Notes: generated from the letters alone by a model not told the origin. DNA of 64,000 bases from an uncultured virus (IMG/VR IMGVR_UViG_3300005965_000003) (IMGVR_UViG_3300005965_000003); one strand, 5' to 3'. Positions 1-8,636 are shown, counted from the stretch's first letter. Program-made: numbers and translations.

Positions 1-1
1 G

Positions 2-118
2 GTCTTGCGGAACTGTTATCAGATCACGAAGTATGAGGATTTGCCTTTGCTTCTTTCCCAGGATAATGCTTTGGGGAAAGCGGCGAGGGATGTATTAACG
101 GGTTTTTCATTCAATTAA
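2..118 (+). CDS. 3' end of a hypothetical protein with LPL-type C-terminal motif (partial)
   Basis: Manual frame-2 translation VLRNCYQITKYEDLPLLLSQDNALGKAARDVLTGFSFN*; stop TAA 116-118 precedes AAGGAGG RBS of next gene. Confidence 0.6.
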   Translation, partial: VLRNCYQITKYEDLPLLLSQDNALGKAARDVLTGFSFN

Positions 119-128
119 GGAGGGGTAG

Positions 129-281
129 ATGCCACCTTTCACTTTCATTATTGATCGTCCTTCACTTGTGGGTGAGGCGGTAATGCAGATACTTCTTGAG
201 CGAGAGTACGATTTTGATGTACGCAGGACATTGACTCAGGGGTTGGTAGTTACCGTACACAGTCCACGGTCCACGGTATGA
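129..281 (+). CDS. small hypothetical protein (50 aa)
   Basis: Below ORF-track cutoff; AAGGAGG RBS upstream of ATG 129; MPPFTFIIDRPSLVGEAVMQILLEREYDFDVRR... Confidence 0.6.
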   Translation: MPPFTFIIDRPSLVGEAVMQILLEREYDFDVRRTLTQGLVVTVHSPRSTV

Positions 282-339
282 GGACATACAGAGGATCAGG
301 GGTATGGAGAAAGTACGGACTTAATAAATGGAGGTACTG

Positions 340-576
340 ATGTACGAAACAACGGTGTCGGTGAGCTTGAAGGTTTCGGTAAAGGTGGAGAGTGAGATAC
401 ATCCGCAAGACCTTACGGTTAAGGAGATGCGTTTTCTGGCGGCTAATGCAGTTGCTGAGCTTAGCGAGGCAGATATAGACAAGGGAATTACTTCGGTGTC
501 GGTGGGGCGCACTACGGCGAAGAAGAAAGAGCCGGTTGAGAAGAAGGTGTCCCGGATAGCTTCTCTTTCCCCCTGA
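340..576 (+). CDS. hypothetical protein
   Basis: GGAGG RBS before ATG 340 (track start 328). Confidence 0.65.
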   Translation: MYETTVSVSLKVSVKVESEIHPQDLTVKEMRFLAANAVAELSEADIDKGITSVSVGRTTAKKKEPVEKKVSRIASLSP

Positions 577-577
577 G

Positions 578-787
578 ATGCAGGCACGTATCGGTAATCT
601 TTTCAGTTGCCTTTCCCCCGAGAACTTGTCTGGTGACGGGGAATACAGTCGGGCACAGGTGGAGCGGAGGTTGGCTGATCTGAAGCGGGAGTGGAGGGCG
701 ATTAATAAGGAGGTAGGTTTTCAGGTGAGTGAGGCTGAGTATTGGGCGTGGGAGTTCAGTAAGCATTGTAAGGAGGAGAGGAAATGA
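578..787 (+). CDS. hypothetical protein
   Basis: Tightly packed between neighbours; ATGA overlap with next gene. Confidence 0.6.
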   Translation: MQARIGNLFSCLSPENLSGDGEYSRAQVERRLADLKREWRAINKEVGFQVSEAEYWAWEFSKHCKEERK

Positions 788-1134
788 TTGATACAATCGT
801 GAGGGCGGTAGACGGTACTTACATCGATCTATCGAGGGTGGTAGCGATTCTTCCGGTGGAGGAGCTCCCACATTATTTTGGAGGCTTGTACGGGTATGAT
901 GTAATGTTTTTGCCTGAGGGTATTCCTTTCAAGCAGGACCAGACATTCTCGGTGACAATTAGCAAGAGGTTCGGAAGGCCACCTGAGCTAAGGCGAGAGT
1001 ATACAGAATTTGGTGGAATCACAGATAAGGGCAGGGAGATACTGGAATCTTTTAATCAGAAGTGTATAGCGGAGATGGAACTGTCTCGTGAATCTCTGGC
1101 TAATCAGTGGCGGGGATACAGGAAGCAGGTTTAA
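784..1134 (+). CDS. hypothetical protein
   Basis: GGAGAGG RBS, ATGA coupling. Confidence 0.7.
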   Translation: MIDTIVRAVDGTYIDLSRVVAILPVEELPHYFGGLYGYDVMFLPEGIPFKQDQTFSVTISKRFGRPPELRREYTEFGGITDKGREILESFNQKCIAEMELSRESLANQWRGYRKQV

Positions 1135-1158
1135 TTAGACTCACCCAAATAGTATGTT
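1131..1158 (+). promoter_or_regulatory. putative phage early promoter (variant core AGTATGTT)
   Basis: TTAATTAG-N12-AGTATGTT; 28/31 identical to copy at 6512-6542. Confidence 0.7.
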
Positions 1159-1176
1159 AATAAATGGACTCTCTTT

Positions 1177-1204
1177 ATAGGGGCTTTGACCGGCCCCCTA
1201 TTTT
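1177..1204 (+). terminator. stem-loop plus T tract between promoter and MTase start
   Basis: ATAGGGG-N11-CCCCTAT-TTT. Confidence 0.5.
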
Positions 1205-1221
1205 ATTAAAAGGAGTGATGG

Positions 1222-3198
1222 ATGTCAAACAAAACGAGGGAAGAAGTCCTCAATATCTTTGAGGATCGCTTCAAGAGGCTTACGGGGTACAAGGGTCGTT
1301 TCGATCATTACCCTTTGATGAAGCATGAGCTCGATAGATTTGATACGGATAAAGACAAGTCTCGCTCGTTTGCTGAGGTATTCACTCCTCTGTACATCGT
1401 GGATGAGATGATAGGTACAGTAGAGAATGTGGGTGGTATGGATCAGGGTAATAAGTATCTTGATTTCTGTGCGGGTCATGGTCAGTTCTCTATTCGGATA
1501 CTCCGTATGCTTTATGAGAAGCATGGTGAGGAATTTGATATAGGGAGATACCTGAAGCAGAAACATTATTTCTGTGAGCTTCAGACTTCATCCTGCTACA
1601 AGTTGCTCTGGACTTTTTCCTCAAAGATCAATCTGGCTATTGGTGATGCTCTTCAGTTGGGGAAACTCCCTAAGAAGGCTCGTGGTATATGGGCTTACCT
1701 TGAGAGTATTGATAGCTGGATTGATGTATCGAATTTTACTCGTGCTTTGTTTGCAAAGACTGGCATGGGTAAGAATTATTCTGAGGAGAAAGAGCAAGAG
1801 TTTGTACGGATATATGATTCCTTTATCGGGTTTCTCAATGGTATTACGGAGGAAAAAAATATGTTGTCGAATATAAAGCAGATCATTGCCACGAAGGAGG
1901 GTCGGCAGAAGTTTCTGGAGATTATCAACGAGGCATCGGATGGTGTTGATCAGAACTGGCAGGACAAGGCTACACCTGAGTGGGTGGTACGGGAGATGGT
2001 GAACACGATCCCTGGCGGTGTGGAATCTCTCAAGAAGATTCTGGTGCTGTTCAATGTGGAGTTCTTGGAGTGTTTGGTGAAGGAGAAGGGTGTGGATCCT
2101 CGCCGGATTACCTTTGGGTATGACAGTGAGCTTGAGGGTTTGTATGCGACTACAGCCTACAAGGTGGATACACTTTCCATCGGGAAGTCCTTCGAGGAAC
2201 TCGTACAGGCCACGGAAGGATGCGCCGGTCGCTTCGACGTGGTCTTCTCCAATCCGCCTTATCAAGTTGATGATAATGGTGGAGGGTATAAAGTTTCTTC
2301 TTCTCCTATATATCACTCAATCGTCGAATTAACTATTGATGCTATAAAGCCCCAATATATTTCTATGATTACTCCTTCGAGGTGGATGGGGGGCGGGAAA
2401 GGACTTAATAATTACAGAGAAAGGATGATAGCTGATAAAAGAATCAGGCTTATCAGAGATTTTCCGGGCACAAGTGAAGTTTTTACTAATGTTGCCATAG
2501 GTGCCGGGGTCTCCTACTTCCTCTGGGACAGAGATTATAATGGCAACTGTGAGTTTAACGGGTACAAGCGTCCTCTTAACGAGTTTGATATTGTTATCCG
2601 TGATAACACTTCCGTATCAATCTTGAAGAAAGTTCTTGCTAAGCATCCTGCCGGTCAATTTTGTGATCAAAAGGTACTTCCTAGGAAGCCCTTCGGTCTT
2701 AGTACTAATTTTAATGAGTGGGTGCCTGAGGGTACGCCGGGTGCGGTGAAGTGCTACTGTACCAAAAAAGAAGGATTTGAAAGATATATAAATAACTGTA
2801 ATTCTTCAGATAAACATGGAGTACAAAATAAATGGAAAGCATTGCTTTCTTTGTTGCCCTATGAAGGAGCTGCCCATAAAGATCCTGATAGAAGATTATT
2901 TACTATGGTTTTTTTAGCAGAGAAGGGCACAGTTTGTAAAGAGGGGTACTTAGTAGCAGGTAGCTTTGATTCTGAAAAAGAGGCAAAAAATTACGTCTCT
3001 TATATGAAAACTAAGTTTTTTAGATATATGGTATCTATGAGGTTAGCTTCCCAAATTTTTAGCAGAGATAAGTTCGCTTGGGTGCCTGACCTTCAAGACT
3101 ATTCAAAGGCATGGACGGATAAAGAATTGTACCAGCATTTTGGACTACTGAAGCAAGAGATTGATCATATCGAATCAACTATTAAGGAGTTGAAATGA
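1222..3198 (+). CDS. DNA adenine methyltransferase, Eco57I-like, with two MTase-like halves and C-terminal target-recognition region
   Basis: AEVFTP and YLDFCAGHG (motifs X/I); FDVVFSNPPY (motif IV); ISMITPSRW; typical WTDKELY..FGL...EI..IE tail. Confidence 0.85.
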   Translation: MSNKTREEVLNIFEDRFKRLTGYKGRFDHYPLMKHELDRFDTDKDKSRSFAEVFTPLYIVDEMIGTVENVGGMDQGNKYLDFCAGHGQFSIRILRMLYEKHGEEFDIGRYLKQKHYFCELQTSSCYKLLWTFSSKINLAIGDALQLGKLPKKARGIWAYLESIDSWIDVSNFTRALFAKTGMGKNYSEEKEQEFVRIYDSFIGFLNGITEEKNMLSNIKQIIATKEGRQKFLEIINEASDGVDQNWQDKATPEWVVREMVNTIPGGVESLKKILVLFNVEFLECLVKEKGVDPRRITFGYDSELEGLYATTAYKVDTLSIGKSFEELVQATEGCAGRFDVVFSNPPYQVDDNGGGYKVSSSPIYHSIVELTIDAIKPQYISMITPSRWMGGGKGLNNYRERMIADKRIRLIRDFPGTSEVFTNVAIGAGVSYFLWDRDYNGNCEFNGYKRPLNEFDIVIRDNTSVSILKKVLAKHPAGQFCDQKVLPRKPFGLSTNFNEWVPEGTPGAVKCYCTKKEGFERYINNCNSSDKHGVQNKWKALLSLLPYEGAAHKDPDRRLFTMVFLAEKGTVCKEGYLVAGSFDSEKEAKNYVSYMKTKFFRYMVSMRLASQIFSRDKFAWVPDLQDYSKAWTDKELYQHFGLLKQEIDHIESTIKELK

Positions 3199-3545
3199 GT
3201 CGAGGAAGAAAATCTAAGTGGACTCACGAAATAAGAGTTTGTTTGTTCAGGCTCATTGTAGAAAGGTATGGACCGGGGAATAATTTTACAAAGCTTCCTG
3301 TCAGAGAACAGAAGTTATTCTCTAAAAATGTAGCATCAATATTGTCAGAAAAATATAAAGATAATTATTCAGAAGGAGGGCCACTAAATCAAATATCGTG
3401 GGCCTTAACTAACCAAAGAAATCTTAAATCTGTATCTTGTATTTCTAACTGGATAAGATGTAGAGCCGCCGCACTTGACGCAGGCTTAATTAAACAAAAA
3501 GATCTACCTACAGAAATGAATCTAATCTATAAGGAGCCTAACTAA
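3195..3545 (+). CDS. hypothetical AT-rich protein inside the RM-like cluster
   Basis: AAGGAG RBS, ATGA overlap with MTase stop; visibly AT-richer than flanking genes. Confidence 0.7.
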   Translation: MSRGRKSKWTHEIRVCLFRLIVERYGPGNNFTKLPVREQKLFSKNVASILSEKYKDNYSEGGPLNQISWALTNQRNLKSVSCISNWIRCRAAALDAGLIKQKDLPTEMNLIYKEPN

Positions 3546-3546
3546 C

Positions 3547-5301
3547 ATGTCCCTACTGGAGCAGTACGAAGCGCACCTGGAGGCGAAGCGCAAGCCTAAG
3601 AGTTTGCTGGAGCTTGTCCAGGAGAAGATGGGGAGACAGAAAGAGTCTCCCCCGAGTACAGAGAGTAAGCTACTCAATCTGGTAGAGAGTAATAGAAAGA
3701 AGTACACCCTCAATGAAGAGGTCTTTGAATCCTTTAAGTCTACTCATCGGGAGCACCAGTCCACGGCGGTATACAATTGCCAGCAGCATGAGAAGGGTCA
3801 GGTAACAGTCCCGACCGGTACGGGTAAGACACGGATACAGATACATCTTCATGTGGAAGATATGATACAGAAGACCAAGCAGGAGCAGACAGGGGTGTAC
3901 GTCATTGGCGCACATCGGTTGCTCCTCTGTAAGCAGTTGATGGATGAGCTACGGGACTTATGCTTCAGGGTAAAGCTGCCGGTGAACATTCTCTACATCG
4001 GCAGTGCTCGCCACGACGATAAGCCGGTGTTCGAGAAATACTTCAATGAAGGATTGGATGCCGATAACTTCGAGTCCTTCTATACGACTCGCTCCCCTGA
4101 GGTTGAAGAGTTCTATGAGAAGACAAAGAAAGCTAACCGGCACCTGATTGTTGTCTCCACCTATCACTCCTTCAATAAGCTGGTAGCTATCGATGAGATA
4201 GATATCTGTACCTTCGATGAGGCCCATACCACTATTGCAGATGACTTCAATGCAAATATCGAAGTGGTCCTGCCACGTATCAAACGTTCCTACTACTTCA
4301 CGGCGACTCGAAAGACCAATGGTGAAGATGGAGGAATGAATGATGAGAAGATGTACGGAGAAGTCATCTACGGTGTCTCCCCCAGACGAATGATCGAGCA
4401 GGGCGAAATCACTATGCCCCGTATCCATATCATGAAGCTGGAAGACGATACCAAAGAACTGGTCAATACCAGTAATGAAAAGATGCTGGTCAAGACAGTC
4501 ATCGAAGGCTTCGAGGAACACACTGTTAAGCTAAGAGAAGATTCCGCAGAGCCTGAGAAGATTGCTCCAAAGCTCTTGGTGTCCTGTAAGGGTAGCGATG
4601 AGCTTAAGGCTATCCAGAATAACCTTGCCTTCCAGGCATGGTGCCAGGACAACGATGTGAAGGTGTTCTCCTTCTCTTCCAAGTACGGAGCCTATGAAGA
4701 TTTCGAGACAGAGAACAACAGGAACAAAGTCTATGAGAGTATGAGAGACTTGAAAGATACAGACAAGTGTATCCTGCTCCATATCGATATCCTCACAGAA
4801 GGTATTGACCTGCCATCGATAACGGCTGTAATGCTTCTGAGGCATCTCAATGTAGCCAAGCTCCTACAGACATTAGGACGCGCCCTGAGGCTTCTCAAGG
4901 ACGACAGGAAGCGGTTGTATGCCGGAGAGATACTTCCCCATGAAAGAGACAAGTACATCAAGCCCTACGCCTACATTCTTCTTCCCATGCACTTCGAGAC
5001 TCTGGATGCCTCTTCAGAGATGATGAAGGATATGCTCCAGAGAATCATCGGAGAGTATGGATTGCCTATGGAAGAGTTCCTGCCCCTGGAGGAGTTCGCG
5101 GCTTCCAAGTTTGAGTATCTGGATCCGGTAACGGATATCCACGAACTCAGGCGTAGGGAAAAGGACTACCCTCTTATCCATGTGATACAGGATTTCGTCA
5201 TGGATAAGTTCAAGGATCAGCTTCCCGAAGATAGAGAGCAACGATACAATGCGATAACCGAACTACTGAACGAACTTAAGGAGGAAGAGGCCAATGCTTA
5301 G
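3547..5301 (+). CDS. superfamily 2 helicase/ATPase (type III Res / type ISP-like)
   Basis: Walker A PTGTGKT, DEAH, motif III FTAT, ILTEGIDLP, QTLGRALR. Confidence 0.9.
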   Translation: MSLLEQYEAHLEAKRKPKSLLELVQEKMGRQKESPPSTESKLLNLVESNRKKYTLNEEVFESFKSTHREHQSTAVYNCQQHEKGQVTVPTGTGKTRIQIHLHVEDMIQKTKQEQTGVYVIGAHRLLLCKQLMDELRDLCFRVKLPVNILYIGSARHDDKPVFEKYFNEGLDADNFESFYTTRSPEVEEFYEKTKKANRHLIVVSTYHSFNKLVAIDEIDICTFDEAHTTIADDFNANIEVVLPRIKRSYYFTATRKTNGEDGGMNDEKMYGEVIYGVSPRRMIEQGEITMPRIHIMKLEDDTKELVNTSNEKMLVKTVIEGFEEHTVKLREDSAEPEKIAPKLLVSCKGSDELKAIQNNLAFQAWCQDNDVKVFSFSSKYGAYEDFETENNRNKVYESMRDLKDTDKCILLHIDILTEGIDLPSITAVMLLRHLNVAKLLQTLGRALRLLKDDRKRLYAGEILPHERDKYIKPYAYILLPMHFETLDASSEMMKDMLQRIIGEYGLPMEEFLPLEEFAASKFEYLDPVTDIHELRRREKDYPLIHVIQDFVMDKFKDQLPEDREQRYNAITELLNELKEEEANA

Positions 5302-5893
5302 AACAGCGGGTCACGTACGAAAGTATTACAAGCCCTGTTGTCTGATCTTCGAGGAGTTCAAGAACAGGGGTACAGAGAATGCCACTCTCGGTGAGTACAT
5401 GAAAGCCATCGAAAAGCATTGTGAGGATTTCGATGACGGGGATAAGATTCTCACCTTTAAGGGAGACATGCTGGAGATACTTGCAGAGCTTATCTTCAAG
5501 GCTTTCCCCAATGATCCCAAGATCGGCCTGGTTGATTATGAGCCGGTTCCCCTTGAAGATGATTATGGTGTGGATGGATTCGGGGTCAATGCTGCGGGGA
5601 AGAAGGTTCCCGTACAGGTGAAGTACCGCTCCAATCCTACAGATGATGTGTTGTATGCCGAAGTTTCCAGGACGTATACATCGGCACAAATACAACTACG
5701 AATGGAAATCCAAGGAGAGAATTCAATCTATGTCTTGACGACAGCAAACAAAGTCACGACGGCCTGTAAGACTGTGTTCGGGAATATGCTGAGAGTCATC
5801 AACGGAGAAACAATCAGGCAAAACATCAACAACAATAAGAGCTTCTGGGAACTTGCCTACGAGGAAGTAAAAGAAACTCTGTTGAGTGAGTGA
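5294..5893 (+). CDS. Mrr-like PD-(D/E)XK restriction endonuclease
   Basis: E...DYGVDGFG...VQVKYR (D...QxK signature); overlaps helicase stop. Confidence 0.7.
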   Translation: MLRTAGHVRKYYKPCCLIFEEFKNRGTENATLGEYMKAIEKHCEDFDDGDKILTFKGDMLEILAELIFKAFPNDPKIGLVDYEPVPLEDDYGVDGFGVNAAGKKVPVQVKYRSNPTDDVLYAEVSRTYTSAQIQLRMEIQGENSIYVLTTANKVTTACKTVFGNMLRVINGETIRQNINNNKSFWELAYEEVKETLLSE

Positions 5894-5899
5894 GGAAAT

Positions 5900-6046
5900 A
5901 TGAGCTGTGAAGAATTGAAAATTGATACCTATGTCAAAGGGCTCGAAGAAATACTCAAAGAGAAGATGGGAAAGGAAGAATACGCTAAGTTTCTTGAAGA
6001 CAAGCTCAATTCAATAACGTGTAACGAGATCGTAGAGGGAGAGTAA
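5900..6046 (+). CDS. small hypothetical protein (48 aa)
   Basis: GAGG RBS; MSCEELKIDTYVKGLEEILKEKMGKEEY...; below track cutoff. Confidence 0.5.
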   Translation: MSCEELKIDTYVKGLEEILKEKMGKEEYAKFLEDKLNSITCNEIVEGE

Positions 6047-6061
6047 TCTCCCTCTTATTTT
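6034..6061 (+). terminator. intrinsic terminator
   Basis: AGAGGGAGA-GTAA-TCTCCCTCT-TATTTT. Confidence 0.6.
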
Positions 6062-6070
6062 GGAGGTACA

Positions 6071-6436
6071 ATGGGACGAGGTAATCCGAATCTGGCTCAG
6101 GTTCAGGGCAGGGGATGCAAGAAGGTCACAGATCGATTTTTTATCAGGTTGGATGACAATCATGGGGTAACGACCGACAAGTACAACATCACCCTGTGTA
6201 AGGTATACGCCAACCAGGGCAAGGTGGTTCCTTTGGGGTTTGCATATTACGGTACCTTCCTGGGTGTTGTCCAGTCGCTCAGGCAGCACGAATTCAGTGA
6301 GGAGATCATCTCCGCTTATAAGAAGCGGGTAGAGGGGATCGAGACTTATTATGATAGGGGTCTGCTCAAGATAAAGTTGCCGGAGGGCTTCCAGCAGGAT
6401 GAATCTCCTTTCACCGATGGGGATGATAATGACTGA
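6071..6436 (+). CDS. hypothetical protein
   Basis: GGAGG RBS. Confidence 0.75.
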   Translation: MGRGNPNLAQVQGRGCKKVTDRFFIRLDDNHGVTTDKYNITLCKVYANQGKVVPLGFAYYGTFLGVVQSLRQHEFSEEIISAYKKRVEGIETYYDRGLLKIKLPEGFQQDESPFTDGDDND

Positions 6437-6441
6437 ACTGT

Positions 6442-6502
6442 ATGGTAGGATCATACAATTGTATGGTTCTACCATTCATTCGCTATTCATGAATAGCGAA
6501 TG
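6442..6502. repeat. two abutting palindromes
   Basis: ATGGTAGGATCATAC-AATT-GTATGGTTCTACCAT (two G.T wobbles) and perfect 26-bp CATTCGCTATTCATGAATAGCGAATG. Confidence 0.85.
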
Positions 6503-6512
6503 TCTCCTCATT

Positions 6513-6540
6513 TTAATTAGACTCACCTAAAAAGTATCTT
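6513..6540 (+). promoter_or_regulatory. putative phage early promoter (variant core AGTATCTT)
   Basis: TTAATTAG-N12-AGTATCTT followed by AGGAGG RBS. Confidence 0.7.
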
Positions 6541-6561
6541 AAGAGAAAAAGGAGGAGATCT

Positions 6562-6873
6562 ATGTATTTCGTGAAGTTCTTTGGTGCTGGGTTGGATGAT
6601 AATTATTCCGATCCTCGGGCAAAGATATGGGCTGGGTACAAGTGTGGCCTCTGCGGTCATGAGACAGAGTACGACGTTACTTCATCCAGGGCAACATTCG
6701 ATATCAAGCGGGAGCGGCGCTGCCCTTCCTGTAAGCAGATCAATGCAGAGGATCGGGAAACCAATCTCAAGGCTCAGCTTGAAAAGCTGGTAGCCGATAA
6801 GAGTCGTATAGAGATAGAGATTGAAAAGGTTGAGCGAGAGTTATCGGAAACTTACAACACAAAGGAATGCTAA
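6562..6873 (+). CDS. zinc-ribbon plus coiled-coil protein
   Basis: CGLC...CPSC, heptad-like C-terminus; AGGAGG RBS. Confidence 0.75.
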   Translation: MYFVKFFGAGLDDNYSDPRAKIWAGYKCGLCGHETEYDVTSSRATFDIKRERRCPSCKQINAEDRETNLKAQLEKLVADKSRIEIEIEKVERELSETYNTKEC

Positions 6874-6893
6874 CTTACAACATTGGAGTTAAT

Positions 6894-7166
6894 ATGCAAC
6901 AAGACGAAACTATTAAAGGAATCCAGAAGGATTTGCACGATGTAAACAATCTTCTTGGATATGTGACGGGAATGAGTGAGCTGGCTTTAGATTACATTAA
7001 GGCCAAGGAGGAAGAGTTGGGTGAAGATTTTTCCTTTGCAATAGAAAGATTAAGTAAATCAATAGGGCAATGTATCCCAGTAGGTGAGAAAATTATTAAA
7101 GCACAGAGATATTTAAAGAACATAAAAGAGTATACCTTATCTTCGGAGGGCTCAGTTAATGAGTAA
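6894..7166 (+). CDS. hypothetical protein (weak HisKA-like helix)
   Basis: GGAG RBS before ATG 6894; LHDVNNLLGYVTG resembles a histidine-kinase H-box. Confidence 0.6.
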   Translation: MQQDETIKGIQKDLHDVNNLLGYVTGMSELALDYIKAKEEELGEDFSFAIERLSKSIGQCIPVGEKIIKAQRYLKNIKEYTLSSEGSVNE

Positions 7167-7473
7167 GTTCGTATGCCTTGAGGGCATTGAGCACGGTAAC
7201 AAATTCTACACTTCACACTCAGATGGAAAAGACCCCTCCAAATTATGGGATGGCACAGTTGCCTATAGAGTTCTGGGTTATGCTGACACCCCCGATGAAG
7301 CTCTGGAGATTCTTCACGGTCCTGGACACAACAGCTTCGAGAAGCGTAAAGAAATCTTTGGGAAATATCTGGAGCGTATGGAAAAAGATCATCCCGGTTT
7401 TTTCTCCGAAGCAGATATAGAGGATATCACTACACGGTTAGCCTTTAATGGCAGTGATGAGCAAAAGGAGTGA
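7159..7473 (+). CDS. hypothetical protein
   Basis: GGAGG RBS, overlaps upstream stop. Confidence 0.7.
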   Translation: MSKFVCLEGIEHGNKFYTSHSDGKDPSKLWDGTVAYRVLGYADTPDEALEILHGPGHNSFEKRKEIFGKYLERMEKDHPGFFSEADIEDITTRLAFNGSDEQKE

Positions 7474-7709
7474 GGATGGTTTTCAGGAAAGAAAAACAAT
7501 ACTCTCTGCACATTAAAAAGAAGAAGGGTATTGCCATAGATAATCGTAGACCTCAGTCTCTTATTCGGAATTTGAGATGCGGTTCCTTTTACGAATCTCA
7601 GTTCGAGCTTCTCACAGAAAATGGTGGCTATTGCTTTTGGATCCCTGACTTATCGGCATACATCTACTGCACAGATGAGAACGTGGATATCTACGAAAAA
7701 ATTAACTGA
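7470..7709 (+). CDS. hypothetical protein
   Basis: Coupled to both neighbours. Confidence 0.6.
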   Translation: MRMVFRKEKQYSLHIKKKKGIAIDNRRPQSLIRNLRCGSFYESQFELLTENGGYCFWIPDLSAYIYCTDENVDIYEKIN

Positions 7710-7718
7710 GGAGTACTG

Positions 7719-7901
7719 ATGCCCGACTCTTTGAAGAACGTACTGATGAAGCGTGATGGCTTGTCTGAGCAGGAAGCAGAAGAACGAGTAGCCCTGGCTA
7801 AGATGCATCTACAGCAACAAATCGAAGACGGGGACATGCCCTTCGACTTCTGTGAGGAGGAGTTCGGGCTGGAGCCGGACTACCTGGAGGAGCTCCTATG
7901 A
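7719..7901 (+). CDS. small acidic phage-type hypothetical protein
   Basis: GAGGAG RBS; LMKRDGLS...FGLEPDY pattern. Confidence 0.7.
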   Translation: MPDSLKNVLMKRDGLSEQEAEERVALAKMHLQQQIEDGDMPFDFCEEEFGLEPDYLEELL

Positions 7902-8200
7902 GAATAGAAAGATGCAGGCAGTACTACAAGGCAGCAGGCGAAGACAACTTTGATCTTTGGCAGCGTGTCTTTGCTACTGTGAATCTGATAGATGATAGGA
8001 TGGTTATAGAATATAACCACGATGGAGTCTCCTACCAGTGGGTAGGTAATAAAGATATCGACGGTATCTATCATCTTAGTGGTCATAATATGAATACCCG
8101 TAACCCAATTGGTACTGCCCATATGTTCAATACCGGCAAAGAGATCATCGGTCCCTGTACCGAAGATGGGTGGTATGGTGAGTGGAAAATAATCCTGTAA
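7898..8200 (+). CDS. hypothetical protein
   Basis: GGAGG RBS, ATGA overlap. Confidence 0.7.
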   Translation: MRIERCRQYYKAAGEDNFDLWQRVFATVNLIDDRMVIEYNHDGVSYQWVGNKDIDGIYHLSGHNMNTRNPIGTAHMFNTGKEIIGPCTEDGWYGEWKIIL

Positions 8201-8248
8201 AGGGTTTGGTATATAAAATAACAGACCCCAACATTTAACTCTCATTCT

Positions 8249-8281
8249 GGACGTTAACACCCTGTATGTTAACGTCCTTTT
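8249..8281 (+). terminator. intrinsic terminator
   Basis: GGACGTTAACA-N7-TGTTAACGTCC-TTTT. Confidence 0.7.
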
Positions 8282-8292
8282 ACCCTGTTAAT

Positions 8293-8385
8293 ATGATCAA
8301 ATTTATCTTCAAGCTGAATTTAGCCCTATTGATTCTGCTGACCGCAGTGATCTATTGGATTGTAATCACAGTCGCCATTACCTAA
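8293..8385 (+). CDS. 30-aa hydrophobic membrane peptide
   Basis: MIKFIFKLNLALLILLTAVIYWIVITVAIT*; no clear RBS. Confidence 0.4.
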   Translation: MIKFIFKLNLALLILLTAVIYWIVITVAIT

Positions 8386-8398
8386 GAAAGGAGCACCT

Positions 8399-8626
8399 AT
8401 GGAAACGGCACGATTGGATTGTGCGACTATCGATGGCTACTCAATTTTTAATAGAGTAGCTTTTTTTATCGACAAAAGAAAAACAGATACAGAAAAAGGT
8501 GAAATCAAAAAACTCTACACAGAGATTTCAGAGCAGGATCAACGCCTGGAACAACGAGCAGTCATTTCCTCAGAAGGAAACGTTGCCTACGATATTCCCG
8601 TAGATCTAATACTCACAAGTATCTAA
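8399..8626 (+). CDS. hypothetical protein
   Basis: AAGGAG RBS. Confidence 0.7.
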   Translation: METARLDCATIDGYSIFNRVAFFIDKRKTDTEKGEIKKLYTEISEQDQRLEQRAVISSEGNVAYDIPVDLILTSI

Positions 8627-8636
8627 ATTTTTTATT

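Noticed and set aside
3195..3545. Membership of the LPL tail family via KDLPTEMN (same LPTEMN as gene 19903)
   Set aside because: The downstream D...IALWR..GK half is missing, so the hexapeptide match may be coincidental; not counted.
6894..7166. Histidine kinase
   Set aside because: Only an H-box-like helix (LHDVNNLL) in a 90-aa protein, with no ATPase domain or nearby response regulator.
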